Counted from the stretch's first letter, positions 1-10,282 are shown. The stretch is 64,000 bases of DNA from an uncultured Gammaproteobacteria bacterium (GCA_964355955.1 CAYHFQ010000001.1:39419-103418), one strand, 5' to 3'. Notes: generated from the sequence alone by a model not told the origin. Numbers and translations: made by a program.

Positions 1-1662
1 CGGACCAAACATTCTCGCGGGTGCAGTTCCGTCATCATTTTGACCTTGAGGTGTTTCTCGTAAGTGGAGCGTTCAGCGGCTTTGTCGAAGAGCTCGTCGG
101 GGAAACTGAATTCTAGGTTGTTAGCGAGATCGGCCGCGTCTTCTTCGGAGATTTTGAAGATGACATAGTTGCTGACGTTCGTGATGACGGACTGGAGAAT
201 ATTCTTGTCGATTTGCTGGAGGTACTGCTGTGTGAGAGTAAGTGATAGTCCGAACTTGCGAGCTTCGGAAAGAATAGCGGCTAAGGCTTCGTTTTGGACC
301 ACGGAGACTTCGTCGATCACGAACATTATTTTCTTTTTGAGTTTACCGCTTTGGGCGAGGAGGAAAATTTGCTGAATGAGTAGACCGGCAATGAGCTTGG
401 TGGCCTTCTGACCGAGAGACGTACGGTCGAGAGAGAGGAAGACGAGATTGTTAGCGTCGATTAGCTCGCCGAGTGAAGCGGCTGTTTCGAAGTTGGTGAT
501 AGGGAGAAAGGCTAACTCGTCGAGCAGCGTGAGAATTGGAAGCGTACTTTCCTGATAAAACTTAGTTTGCAGTTCTGTAAATTCAGTATCGAAGAAGATT
601 TGAATACCTTCGGCCACGTTGCTCCCGAGGAGGACTTCTTTACGAGTGATGACGTCGGTTAGAAACTTACGTAAGGTTTCGAGCGACATGCGGCCGCCGG
701 TGAAGAGTGTGAAAAGTGTGTATTTGAGCACGCGCTCGGCCTTGGAGTTGAATTGATCTGCCATGAGAGTTTTGAAGAGGAGGATAGTGAGTTCCGAGGC
801 GAGAGTTGGTTCACCTAACTGGGCAAACAGCTGACAGGCCGTATGCACAAAGTCGACGTTGGTATGAGTCGGGTCGTTGTTAAAATCTGTATAGAGGGCA
901 GCGTGTGGGTCGAGAATGACGACAGTGTGAGTTTTGGTTATGCCAGTGTCTTCGAGTTGTTTAATGAAATGGGTTAGGTAACGTGATTTACCGGTACCGG
1001 TTTGACCGAGCACTAAACCGTGCCGAGCCACGTCGTAACGAGCAGTGGGCAGATATTTTGGTTCTTGGAAGTAAGGGAAACCTGGGACTTGGAGTAAAGC
1101 ATTAGCTGGGCTATCGCTCAAGATCTCCGCGGTTTTTTGAACTTGGACGTAGAGTGGTATTTCTTTGGGCTTGTACTGCACGCTAGTTGTTAAGTCGAGG
1201 TCGAGGAAAGTAAAGCGAGGCTTAAGGAAACGGCGTTTACAATGATAAGGTACGCCGCCAGCGTCGACGAAGAACATTTCGAGCGTATTGTAAGAGCCGA
1301 CGGGAAGACGATAAAATGACCAGCGAATGCCTTTGAGGGTGCGGGATTTGCGAAGTTGCTCCCGTTCTTTGAGGCGGATGATGTTGATTTTGTCGGAGAA
1401 GTCGACGTAACAGCGTTTCATCTCTGGATAATGTTCTGTTTGGTAACTCTTATCCCATTTAATAATGAAGGGTACGAGTTCATTAGCAAAGCCTGAAAAA
1501 TCTTTCTTGGATTCTAAGTAAAATAAAAGCTGGTTAGGTGTGAAGGCGACTTCCAGCGTCCAGTGGTCGAAGTAGTCGATACGCTGCGTGACACGATGAA
1601 TGAGAGTTTGCCAAAACTCGGTGGTTAATTTTTGTTCTTTGGTGAATAATTCGAAGCGCATA
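1..1662 (-). CDS. Conjugation/type IV secretion-type P-loop ATPase (VirB4/TraG/VirD4/HerA-like); C-terminus runs off the window
   Basis: Reverse translation from the ATG at 1662 gives a Walker A motif LGQTGTGKSRYLTHF and a Walker B-like FVIDEVS, with a ~190-aa N-terminal domain. There is no stop codon before position 1. The family call comes from motif resemblance only. Confidence 0.5.
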
Positions 1663-1665
1663 AAA

Positions 1666-2556
1666 CTAACGTCCGGCTTTGACTAAATTGATTTTGCGCT
1701 TGCCAGTTTTTAGCAGACTGCCGACACGATATGTTTGGTTCTTTGGTAGAGTGACGTGGGCCAGAGTAGTAGCGAAATCGGGGAAATAGGGACGAAGACC
1801 GAGGGAAAGAAACACGCGTTGCGGAGCTTGAAAGGCTAATTTTTTAGCCAAAAAGACGTTGGCATCTAGTTCGTAAAGTAAAATGAGAATATGGAGAATG
1901 GTAAAGTTGAGAGCAGCAACAATGACGGCCACGGAGATAGAGTTGTCACGCATGCTGAGCAAGAGGATGACGATGAGACTGGCGAGGATGACGAGGATCA
2001 GCCAGTGTTCGGGGTTGACGATAGTTTTGGCGGTGATGGCGATTTCTTCGTCGTTGGCCACCAGATCTGCCTTGGCGTAGTGTAAGTGCTGAATCATGGC
2101 GCTGCCGATGTCGTCGCGAGCACGAGTTTGGTCGACGAGCTGCAAAATGTTATCGAATTCCCCACTGGCGCGACCAGAGAAATCGAGTAAGTCGTAATCG
2201 AGGGTAGCAATGAGGTAGGAATCGATGGCGGTAGTGAGAGCTGCGTGTTCTGGAGCGTTGATGATAGCGGAGTTGCTGTGAAGGCAGATGAGCGAAGTGT
2301 TCATGCTGCTAATGAGCGCTTGCATGCGCAGATAGTTAGCTGTGGCGCCAGAAATGAAGAAGCCAATGAGAATAGCGAAGAGTAAAGCGATGACGGTTAA
2401 GAAAATGCCGATGTCCGCAGAGAGATGAAAAGGAGGGATAGCAAAAGGTAGCGTCACGAGGATGATGGGGACGATAACTTTAAAAATCTTGGTGGTCATA
2501 AATATTACTGGCATGATACCACGAGGCGGATTGCGAGACCAAAAGTTGATTGACAA
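1666..2556 (-). CDS. Hypothetical polytopic membrane protein, likely co-transcribed with the upstream ATPase
   Basis: 296-aa ORF with several hydrophobic helices. It ends 4 nt before the ATPase start. The start is uncertain; an internal Met lies at 2514. Confidence 0.45.
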   Translation of the reverse strand: MSINFWSRNPPRGIMPVIFMTTKIFKVIVPIILVTLPFAIPPFHLSADIGIFLTVIALLFAILIGFFISGATANYLRMQALISSMNTSLICLHSNSAIINAPEHAALTTAIDSYLIATLDYDLLDFSGRASGEFDNILQLVDQTRARDDIGSAMIQHLHYAKADLVANDEEIAITAKTIVNPEHWLILVILASLIVILLLSMRDNSISVAVIVAALNFTILHILILLYELDANVFLAKKLAFQAPQRVFLSLGLRPYFPDFATTLAHVTLPKNQTYRVGSLLKTGKRKINLVKAGR

Positions 2557-2636
2557 AAGCTGTGCAAACGACTACACTCCGCGGTCAACAATGTTCTTTC
2601 AACGGCGGTAAGACGCCACAACCTAAGGAGTCAACG

Positions 2637-3266
2637 ATGGGTTCGATACTTGTGCGAACTGGGACTATTCGCGCTTTTGGTCAGCATGGAGACGATTTCA
2701 CTCTACGAACTGACGACGGACAGATGTTCGGTGCTAGGCGTGCGGACTATTGTCCTCAAGGGTTCGTAGACCGGCCGAAGGCTGTCAACCATCCGAGCGT
2801 CAACACGGTAAATCATCACTGCAAAAAAAGAACTCGGATCGCATTCGTCGCTGACGAGATGACGCCGTCTGGCCGAGTTCATCGTTGGACCTTCTGCGAC
2901 CCAGGAACCATACGACTGCAGGTGGAGATTGTAGCCGAAAAGCCACGGGAATTCTGGTGCGGCCACGAGCTGGCGGATTTACAGAAGACCTTCCCGCGGC
3001 ACTTCGAGGACAGGAGTGCTGACGGCGCGTTTCTCATCCAGCTCAACCATGTCGACATTGTTACCTGGTTGCGCGCCAACAGCGGAACGGTAACAGATGA
3101 GGAACGTGACCTGCTGTGGCAGGAGGGTGGAAAGTCGGCTTGGTTCGAGATGCTGGTTGGCCAGGTATGGTACCGAACAGTCGACCCACGACTCCTGCCC
3201 ACCATGGCACCTCGACCAGAATGCACACCGCCAGCCAGGCCGAGACAACACACGCCCTGGCGCTGA
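2637..3266 (+). CDS. Hypothetical protein
   Basis: ATG at 2637 is preceded by AAGGAG (2625-2630). GC-rich, with no recognisable motif. Confidence 0.4.
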   Translation: MGSILVRTGTIRAFGQHGDDFTLRTDDGQMFGARRADYCPQGFVDRPKAVNHPSVNTVNHHCKKRTRIAFVADEMTPSGRVHRWTFCDPGTIRLQVEIVAEKPREFWCGHELADLQKTFPRHFEDRSADGAFLIQLNHVDIVTWLRANSGTVTDEERDLLWQEGGKSAWFEMLVGQVWYRTVDPRLLPTMAPRPECTPPARPRQHTPWR

Positions 3267-3307
3267 CTCCCCTCCCTGGCATGAGCGAGAGCTAAACTCG
3301 TTCGTGC

Positions 3308-3345
3308 CGTACCAAAAACCCCGCTCGAGAAGAGCGGGATTTTTG
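3308..3345. terminator. Bidirectional rho-independent terminator between convergent genes
   Basis: AAAAACCCCGCTCgagaaGAGCGGGATTTTTG: a GC stem flanked by A- and T-runs. Confidence 0.6.
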
Positions 3346-3356
3346 TTTGAGGAAAA

Positions 3357-3923
3357 TTATTTAGCGATGCGCTCGACGTAGTCACCGGTTTCTGTGGAGA
3401 CCAAGATGTGGTCGCCTTCTTTGGCAAAGATTGGCACGCGGACCATGAGACCGTTGTCCATAGTGGCGTCCTTGAGGACGTTGCCTGAGGCGGTGTCGCC
3501 CTTAACGGCCGTGTCGGTTTGGGTGATGACGTATTCGATTTTGATTGGGAGCTCCATGCTGATAGCCTTCTCGCCGTGCATGATGATGGTGACGTCCAAG
3601 CCTTCCTTGAGGTAGCGAGCGTCGTCGCCCACCACGTCGCGGCCGATGGCGACTTGCTCGTAGCTGTGGCCGTCCATGAAGGTGAGGGTGTATTCGTCGC
3701 CGAAGATGAATTGCATCTTCTTGAAACCAACTTGCTCGAAGGTGACGCTTTCGGCGGCCTTGAAGTTGTTCTCGACGACCTTGCCAGAGCTTAAGGACTT
3801 CAAGCGGGTGCGAACGAAGGAGCTGCCCTTACCTGGGCTGACGCGCTGGAAGCCGACGCAGACCCAGAGGTCGTTTTCATAGTTTAAAACTGTACCTTTG
3901 CGAATGTCATTTGGAGAGGCCAT
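3357..3923 (-). CDS. efp: Elongation factor P
   Basis: 188 aa. The KPGKG loop and the overall EF-P sequence are recognisable (…VSPGKGSSFVRTRLK…). Confidence 0.93.
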   Translation of the reverse strand: MASPNDIRKGTVLNYENDLWVCVGFQRVSPGKGSSFVRTRLKSLSSGKVVENNFKAAESVTFEQVGFKKMQFIFGDEYTLTFMDGHSYEQVAIGRDVVGDDARYLKEGLDVTIIMHGEKAISMELPIKIEYVITQTDTAVKGDTASGNVLKDATMDNGLMVRVPIFAKEGDHILVSTETGDYVERIAK

Positions 3924-3926
3924 AGT

Positions 3927-4811
3927 TTAACGAAAGCGTTCCGAAGGTGGGAACAAGTGAATAGAATCGATGCTTTGGGTACCGGCTTTGAGCATGACCA
4001 GGCGGTCGACGCCCAAGGCATTGCCAAAGGTCGGTGATGCCACGGAGGATAGCCGAGAAAGGAGGTCTTCGTCAATGGGAAAGACTTCTTTGCCCAGGGC
4101 GCGACGTTCTTCTTGCTCGATGAGGAAACGGCTGCGTTGTTCGGCCGCGTCGACCAATTCTGTAAAGCCATTACACATTTCCATGCCGTAAGCGTAGGCC
4201 TCGAAGCGTTCGGCAGCTAGACCGTCTGGTGTCTTGCGGGCCAAGGCGGCTTCCGCGACCGGGAACTCCATGACCATGAACTTGTCATGCTGCTTCATGA
4301 GGCTCGGCAGAATGTGGTGATTGAAGGTGTCGTCGCTCGTCTCCCCTGTCCACTCGGCCAGCATTTTGACGTAGCTGAAGCGCGGCCAGGCGTCTGTCCA
4401 GCCGAGATAGCCGTTGATGAGATCTTCGGTTTCCTGCATGAGGGCATGGTAGTCGGCGTGTTGCTGGTACCACTCGAGCATGGTGAATTCGATGGAATGG
4501 TCACCGCCTAACTCCTCGACGCTGCGAAAGACTGGCGTGATGGTAAAGATTTTATCGAGGCCGGAACCGAGAAGCTTTTTCATGGAAAATTCTGGGCTGG
4601 TGATGAGGGCCGCACGGACTGGGCCGCGGCCGAGGACGTTTAAGTCGATGGCGACTGGAAAGAGGTTGGGTGACAGGTCGGGACTGGCGACGGCGATGGG
4701 GGTTTGGACTTCGAGATAATTGCGCTTGGCAAAGAAGTCGCGTAGATAGGCGAAGGTGTCGTTCCAGAGTTTAGCGCGGAGAAGAGCGTCTTCACGAGAC
4801 ATCATAGGCAA
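3927..4811 (-). CDS. epmA: EF-P lysyl ligase (EpmA/PoxA/GenX, a truncated class-II LysRS paralog)
   Basis: Class II aaRS motif 2 (PVFRSVEELGGDHSIEFTMLEWY) and motif 3 (GNALGVDRLVML). It sits immediately upstream of efp. Confidence 0.85.
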   Translation of the reverse strand: MPMMSREDALLRAKLWNDTFAYLRDFFAKRNYLEVQTPIAVASPDLSPNLFPVAIDLNVLGRGPVRAALITSPEFSMKKLLGSGLDKIFTITPVFRSVEELGGDHSIEFTMLEWYQQHADYHALMQETEDLINGYLGWTDAWPRFSYVKMLAEWTGETSDDTFNHHILPSLMKQHDKFMVMEFPVAEAALARKTPDGLAAERFEAYAYGMEMCNGFTELVDAAEQRSRFLIEQEERRALGKEVFPIDEDLLSRLSSVASPTFGNALGVDRLVMLKAGTQSIDSIHLFPPSERFR

Positions 4812-4859
4812 ACTTTATGCAAAAACGGAGCTTGAAAGCCCCGTCTTGCTTGGTCGATT

Positions 4860-5090
4860 TTATTCTTGGACGAAGGGAAGCATGGCCATGATACGGGAAC
4901 GCTTGATTTCGTTGCCGACTTCGCGTTGGTGACCAGAGCAAAGGCCGGAGCGCTTGCGTGGGACGATCTTGGCGAAGGAGGAAAGGAAACGGCGCAAAAG
5001 GTCCGTGTTCTTGTAGTCGATGACGAGGTCCTTCTGCACGCAGAATGGGCAGTGACGTGCACCGTTGGTGCTAGCTTGCATTTTAGGCAT
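4860..5090 (-). CDS. rpsR: 30S ribosomal protein S18
   Basis: CPFC…IDYKN…LLRRFLS…IVPRKRSGLCSGHQRE signature. Confidence 0.9.
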   Translation of the reverse strand: MPKMQASTNGARHCPFCVQKDLVIDYKNTDLLRRFLSSFAKIVPRKRSGLCSGHQREVGNEIKRSRIMAMLPFVQE

Positions 5091-5096
5091 AATTGT

Positions 5097-5552
5097 TTAA
5101 AAAGGAATATCTTCTAATTTAATTTCTTCTTCGGCGGGAGGGAGTGGAGCGTCGTCCATGCTTGGCACGTTGCCGGAGCTATCATTTTTGGCGTAACCAC
5201 CACCAGCTTGGGCGCCAGTTGGACGGTCGAGCATGATGAGATTTTCGGCCACGATCTCTGTGCGGTAACGCTTGACGCCGTCTTGACCTTCCCATTCACG
5301 ACTTTGAATGCGACCGTCGACGTAGACTTTCTTGCCCTTGGTGAGGTACTGGGCACAGATTTCGGCCAAACGACCCCAGGCGACGATGTTGTGGTAGTCG
5401 GCTTGATCCTTCTTTTCGCCAGTGGCGGTAGTAAAGACACGATTTGTGGCAATACTGAAGGAAGTAACAGCCTGGCCGCCAGCGGTTTTGCGGAGTTCAG
5501 GATCACGGGTCAAGTTACCGATGAGCGTGGCTTTGTTTAAGGAGTTGGCCAT
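5097..5552 (-). CDS. ssb: Single-stranded DNA-binding protein
   Basis: OB-fold SSB sequence with an acidic C-terminal DIPF tail. Confidence 0.9.
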   Translation of the reverse strand: MANSLNKATLIGNLTRDPELRKTAGGQAVTSFSIATNRVFTTATGEKKDQADYHNIVAWGRLAEICAQYLTKGKKVYVDGRIQSREWEGQDGVKRYRTEIVAENLIMLDRPTGAQAGGGYAKNDSSGNVPSMDDAPLPPAEEEIKLEDIPF

Positions 5553-5571
5553 ATATGATATCTGAGAGCTA

Positions 5572-6057
5572 TTAGATGCTCTTCATGATATCACTATCCA
5601 AGATTTCATCGAGCTTTTTGTCCAAAGCCTTGGTAGAAAGTGGCTTTTCTTCAGCCTTGGCAGGAGCAGCTTCGTGACGTGGGGCCTTTTCCTCACCCTT
5701 CTCGCTGGAACGACGACCTTCAGCGTTCAATGGTGGAACGTAAGAAGTTGGACGAGCGGTGTGGGCTGGGATGCCCTTTGGCAAAGCGACGATGATGTGA
5801 CGGAGCACTTCGTCGGCCAAACGCATAACCTGGTCTACCTTAGCCATGATTTCTTGGGCGGCTTCGATGTAGAAGAGGACGTAAGTGCCGTAACGAACGT
5901 GGTCAATAGCGTAGGCCAATTTGAGCTTGCCGAGGTTCTCGGTTTTCTCAATCTTACCGCCAGCAGCTTCGATTTGCTTGGCGATTCGCTCGGAAACGGC
6001 GTCGATTTCCGTGTCGGCGAACTTGGCTGGGACGATGGTCAAGATCTCGTAGATCAT
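5572..6057 (-). CDS. rpsF: 30S ribosomal protein S6
   Basis: MIYEILTIV… S6 N-terminus. Classic rpsF-ssb-rpsR gene order. Confidence 0.88.
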   Translation of the reverse strand: MIYEILTIVPAKFADTEIDAVSERIAKQIEAAGGKIEKTENLGKLKLAYAIDHVRYGTYVLFYIEAAQEIMAKVDQVMRLADEVLRHIIVALPKGIPAHTARPTSYVPPLNAEGRRSSEKGEEKAPRHEAAPAKAEEKPLSTKALDKKLDEILDSDIMKSI

Positions 6058-6272
6058 AGGTGCTTGGCCCAGTTTTGTACTGGGCGAGCCCACTTAAGGG
6101 CGTTGGACAAGAATTAAGTGGCGTAACTCTAGCTGAAATAGCAATTAACGTCAACCTTGGGGCCAGGGACCTGAGCTTGCTAAAACTGGCGTTTTGGGCT
6201 AACATTCGGGGTCGGCCGGGCACTTTGCCCCCGATTCGTTCTTTTCCAACCCTTTCACCCAAGGAGGCGCTC

Positions 6273-7868
6273 ATGGCGACCGACCCACCAGATGACTCTG
6301 ACGAAGACATCGTCATTCCCCCACCGTTGGCCAACGGACGCTACATACTGCTGCAACTGTTGGGCCGTGGTGGCATGGCGACGGTGTGGCGAGCCTTCGA
6401 CACCGTGCTCGAACGTGAGCGAGCCATCAAGATCCTGCACCCCGAATGTGTTCACTCGAAAGACCAGATGGCGAGACTCGATAAGGAAGCTCGAGCTATG
6501 GCCAAGCTCGAGGACCACCCGAACGTGCTCCGAATTTGGGACCGCGGCATCGAAGGCGACCGCTACTACATTGTCATGGAGTTGATTCATGGCTTTGACT
6601 TGGCGCGCTACATGGAGGCACGGTGTACAGACACTCAGCCTACCAGGCCGCTGCCAGTCGGCTTCGCGATGAACATTGCTCGAACCGTGCTGGAAGTACT
6701 TGGCGCGGCTCATGCAGTTGGGATTATCCACCGTGACATCAAGCGGGAGAACATCCTCATCACTGATGACAAACGCATCTTGGTAGCTGACTTCGGTATC
6801 GCGCGAGCAACTGATAGCAAGCTGACGCGGACTTCAAGTGGGCTCGGTTCGCTGAAAGCAGCAGCACCGGAACAGTTCATTGACGCCAAACGTGCTGGAC
6901 CAGAGGCGGATATTTTCGCCTGCGGCGTGCTCCTCTTCAACATGCTGACGGATGATGATGAGACGATCGCCTTCCACTTGCAGGTCAACACTGCAGGCAG
7001 ATTGGATGGCGTACCGACTCCTTTCATCCCCATCATCCAGAAGGCCTGCGCTGCCAGGCCGGAGGATCGCTACCCTTCGGCCGAAGACATGAAGTCTGCA
7101 TTGCATGCGGCGTATGAGGAGTATCAGAAGAATCCTTCCGTGCTGGTTGTCGAGATTGACACGAGTGACATCCAGCCCTACGAGCCATCGTTGACCTTTT
7201 CGGTGGAGCCGCCGACAGCAGAAGTGCAGGAGGGCGCGGAGAACGAGGGTGTCGAGGAGGTGCTGCCCAGTTGGCCGATGTGGTTGAAGGTTGGAGCTGG
7301 CGTCGGCGTAGCGATCGCGCTCTTGAGCCTCGGCTTGGGAGTAAGGGCGATGACGGCGCGGCAAGAAATTGTTCAGCCGGAAGTCGCGCCGGTAGTGGAG
7401 GTGGCGCAGCCGGTGCCTGAGGCGAAGATCGAGGTTCAACCCGAGATCAAGCCAGTGTCGGTGACGGTGCCGACGAAGACTGAGGTGACATCGAAGCCTG
7501 AAGTGACGAAGCCGGACGTCGTGAAGAACGAGGTCAAGCCGGTGGTGACGCCGGTGGTCCAGGTGCCAGCGAAGGCGAGGATTACAGCGCCAGCGGTGAG
7601 TGGGAAGATTGCCAACGGCAGCCTCAGCTTCAGTGCTGGACTGACGCCGGTCGATGCCAATGCTCGGGGAACGCTCATCTACCGGGTAGGGAGTGACCCC
7701 AAGTGGCAGCGGCGGGTGATGCAGAGCACGGATGGGCGCTACGAAGTGACCATCGAGGGCATCGACCAGCAGGCCGACAAAGTCGAGTATGTCATCGAGA
7801 TTGCTGGCGAAAGTGAAGGAACGTTGAGGAGTGGGTCGGCGCAGATCCCACACGTCGTGAAGCCCTAG
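6273..7868 (+). CDS. Hanks-type Ser/Thr protein kinase with a TM segment, PEVxP-type repeats and a non-PASTA extracellular domain
   Basis: GRGGMATVWRA, catalytic-loop HRDIKRENIL, DFGIARA. RBS AAGGAGG sits 6 nt before the ATG at 6273. A hydrophobic TM lies after the kinase domain. Confidence 0.85.
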   Translation: MATDPPDDSDEDIVIPPPLANGRYILLQLLGRGGMATVWRAFDTVLERERAIKILHPECVHSKDQMARLDKEARAMAKLEDHPNVLRIWDRGIEGDRYYIVMELIHGFDLARYMEARCTDTQPTRPLPVGFAMNIARTVLEVLGAAHAVGIIHRDIKRENILITDDKRILVADFGIARATDSKLTRTSSGLGSLKAAAPEQFIDAKRAGPEADIFACGVLLFNMLTDDDETIAFHLQVNTAGRLDGVPTPFIPIIQKACAARPEDRYPSAEDMKSALHAAYEEYQKNPSVLVVEIDTSDIQPYEPSLTFSVEPPTAEVQEGAENEGVEEVLPSWPMWLKVGAGVGVAIALLSLGLGVRAMTARQEIVQPEVAPVVEVAQPVPEAKIEVQPEIKPVSVTVPTKTEVTSKPEVTKPDVVKNEVKPVVTPVVQVPAKARITAPAVSGKIANGSLSFSAGLTPVDANARGTLIYRVGSDPKWQRRVMQSTDGRYEVTIEGIDQQADKVEYVIEIAGESEGTLRSGSAQIPHVVKP

Positions 7869-7892
7869 TCGAACTCGACGATTAGGCACTAA

Positions 7893-7925
7893 GCTCCCCT
7901 AGACCTCGGTCTTGGGGAGCTTTCC
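7893..7925 (+). terminator. Rho-independent terminator after the kinase gene
   Basis: AGCTCCCCtagacctcggtcttGGGGAGCT followed by TTTCC. Confidence 0.5.
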
Positions 7926-7997
7926 TATTTAGGACTAGCCAAAAAGTTAGAAATACGTTACGCTCTCGCTTACTTCTGGTCACCTATTTTAACTACT

Positions 7998-9176
7998 ATG
8001 CAAACGTTCGCGATTCTCGGCTCACATCCTGACCTCTCAATGGCCGAAATTACGGCACAAACGGGGGCAATTGCTACTACTTCCGCTGGTGAGGTGGCTT
8101 TATTTGAAGATTTACAAGGTAATTTTATTGACTTACTGAGCAAGCTCGGTGGCACGCAAAAGATTGGTTACGTCATTGGCGAGGTAGCCAAAGTCGACGG
8201 AGCTGAGTTGATTGCCTTTTTGACCAGCCAGTTGGAGCAGGAGACGCGTGAAACCAAGCTGCACTTCGGCATCAGCATCTACGACTTCGGTCAGACGTCG
8301 GCGGTACAGAAGCTTTATGCCCAGTCGAGGATTATCGGCATGACCGTGAAGAGTAACTTGAAGACAGCCGGACGCAGTGCCCGTTTTGTGATGAGCAAAG
8401 AGCCAGCGTTGAACGCGGTGTCCGTCGCGCAAAATGATTTGATTGCAAAGGGTGCGGAGTTCGTGTTGTTGGCCGCTAAGGACAAAGTAGTTATCGGTAT
8501 GACGAGCGCTGTACAGGATGCGAACGACTGGAGCGAACGCGATTTTGGCCGACCACGCCGCAATGCCAAACAAGGCATGTTGCCACCAAAGTTGGCGCGC
8601 ATGATGATTAACCTCACAGGTACTTCGGCCAAGAATAAGTCGATTCTCGATCCGTTCTGCGGAAGTGGAACAGTTTTGATGGAGGGAGCGATGCTCGGAG
8701 CAGCGAAAGTTATTGGTAGCGATATTGCGAGCGGTGCCGTGCATGACACGCAGCACAACATGGCTTGGTTGAAAGAACGTGGCATTAAAGTTGGCGAGGT
8801 GGACGTGTTCATGGCCAAGGCCAGTGAGGTCAGCAACCGTTTGCCAGAGAACACCGTCGACATGATTATTACGGAAACTTACCTGGGCTTGCCCCGTCGC
8901 GGAGTTGAGACAACGGTTGATTTGTACAAGGCGGTCGATTATATTGAAACACTGTACACGGAGAGCTTCAGCACGTTGCGTGGTGTGTTGAAGGAGAACG
9001 GCATCGTGATCATTGCGGCACCAGTCCACTACCTGGATGGACAGACGTTTGAAGCACCAGTAGTGCGTATCCTCGAAGGCCTCGGTTATACGCATTCTCC
9101 CCTGCCCCATGAGCCATTGATTTATCACCGTGAGGGACAGTTGGTTGGACGTAGGTTCTTCCGGTTTACGAAATAA
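7998..9176 (+). CDS. THUMP-domain SAM-dependent RNA (guanine-N2) methyltransferase (Trm11/RlmL-like)
   Basis: N-terminal THUMP-like region. MTase motif I LDPFCGSGT and a downstream acidic motif. Confidence 0.75.
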   Translation: MQTFAILGSHPDLSMAEITAQTGAIATTSAGEVALFEDLQGNFIDLLSKLGGTQKIGYVIGEVAKVDGAELIAFLTSQLEQETRETKLHFGISIYDFGQTSAVQKLYAQSRIIGMTVKSNLKTAGRSARFVMSKEPALNAVSVAQNDLIAKGAEFVLLAAKDKVVIGMTSAVQDANDWSERDFGRPRRNAKQGMLPPKLARMMINLTGTSAKNKSILDPFCGSGTVLMEGAMLGAAKVIGSDIASGAVHDTQHNMAWLKERGIKVGEVDVFMAKASEVSNRLPENTVDMIITETYLGLPRRGVETTVDLYKAVDYIETLYTESFSTLRGVLKENGIVIIAAPVHYLDGQTFEAPVVRILEGLGYTHSPLPHEPLIYHREGQLVGRRFFRFTK

Positions 9177-9186
9177 GAGTTAGAAA

Positions 9187-9224
9187 TTCAAGTCCCGGAC
9201 TCCAGGAGTCCGGGACTTGTTTTT
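9187..9224 (+). terminator. Rho-independent terminator
   Basis: AGTCCCGGACTCCaggaGTCCGGGACTT followed by TTTTTG. Confidence 0.6.
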
Positions 9225-9242
9225 GTGATAAGATGGCTATAT

Positions 9243-9776
9243 ATGATACTTACTCAGCCTAAACACTTCGAGATTAAGACTTATTGGGACGGGAGGGCGT
9301 GCGAAGATGAGAAGTTGTGGGGTACGGTCGACCTCGAAGGGACGGAAGAGGGATTAAAGATGACGGCGACGCTGCCATGGCAAGATATGCCGAAGGTACC
9401 AGAGGTTGAGGAGGGAGAGAGGGTGGCGAACTTGTGGGAGTATGACGTGGTGGAGTGTTTTTTGGTGGGTAAGGAGAAGTATCTTGAGGTCGAGCTCGGG
9501 GCGGGTGGACACTGGTTGGTACTCGACTTTACGGCACCGCGGGTGAGGGATAATGCGTATGAAGATTTCCTGCCGACGCTTGAGTTCAAGCGGAACGTAG
9601 GCGATGGACGCTGGGAGTCCACGATAATTATTCCCTGGGAGATGGTGCCCGAGGGACTGCGTACAGCGAATGCGTTTGTGATTGTGGGTGAGAATTATTT
9701 GTGTGCAACTCCCCTGCCCGGCGAGAAGGCTGATTTTCACCAGCCGGGGAAATTTGAAAAGTTAATTATTACTTAA
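9243..9776 (+). CDS. Hypothetical protein with a CBM9-like/DOMON-like domain
   Basis: Patterns [18 protein letters not shown] and [15 protein letters not shown] resemble the family-9 carbohydrate-binding-module fold. The first ATG is at 9243; the maximal ORF starts at a GTG at 9225. Confidence 0.4.
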   Translation: MILTQPKHFEIKTYWDGRACEDEKLWGTVDLEGTEEGLKMTATLPWQDMPKVPEVEEGERVANLWEYDVVECFLVGKEKYLEVELGAGGHWLVLDFTAPRVRDNAYEDFLPTLEFKRNVGDGRWESTIIIPWEMVPEGLRTANAFVIVGENYLCATPLPGEKADFHQPGKFEKLIIT

Positions 9777-10282
9777 ACTGAATATATCTTTTTGCCGTGT
9801 TTTTCTACGAATGAGACTGGTATTTTTGGATTATTTATATCCTTTTCACCGTCATTATACCACTTCTCTTCCCATTTCTTATAATACTCTTCTAAAGCAT
9901 CTGGGGTTAATTGAAATATGGATTTGATTTCTATTCCTTCATAAATTGCGAATATCCAATCTACTTTGCGATATTTAGTGATAATGGAAGGATTCATGTG
10001 ATGGTGAGTTGAAAACGATTGTGTTAACTTGATGTTAACTGATTTTAATTCAAACTCATATCCATTCTGATCAACGGCATCGTTACCTTCTCTGCCTTCG
10101 AGATTAGATAAACTGGTCAGCAATAATACCTGAAGGAGTTTGCCACCATTATCCTGGAAAATGTCATCAATCCCATGGCGACTTGCTAAAGCTTGATATT
10201 CTCGTATGTACGGGAATAACCTGTTCATCTCTTTAATATCTGCTGCGAAATTTATTTTCATATTTAGGTAAATAGCTCCCAC
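9773..10282 (-). CDS. Type IIP restriction endonuclease, PvuII family (predicted CAGCTG specificity)
   Basis: …[20 protein letters not shown]…GREGNDAVD…YEFELKS…STHHHMNP…DINNPKIPV… closely matches R.PvuII as recalled, including the catalytic Asp/Glu-x-Lys (NDAVD…ELK). Alternative starts lie at 10261 and 10228. It overlaps the C gene, as in the PvuII operon. Confidence 0.8.
   Translation of the reverse strand: MGAIYLNMKINFAADIKEMNRLFPYIREYQALASRHGIDDIFQDNGGKLLQVLLLTSLSNLEGREGNDAVDQNGYEFELKSVNIKLTQSFSTHHHMNPSIITKYRKVDWIFAIYEGIEIKSIFQLTPDALEEYYKKWEEKWYNDGEKDINNPKIPVSFVEKHGKKIYSV

Noticed and set aside
827-832. Avoidance of the predicted CAGCTG site as support for the PvuII-like system
   Set aside because: A CAGCTG site is present here, and others may exist, so no site-avoidance argument can be made from this window alone.
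6834-7889. 351-aa minus-strand ORF rich in Arg, His and Leu
   Set aside because: It is antisense to the Ser/Thr kinase gene. Its composition is typical of out-of-frame GC-rich sequence.
8133-9128. 331-aa minus-strand ORF
   Set aside because: It is antisense to the THUMP methyltransferase gene, has low-complexity sequence and lacks an RBS.
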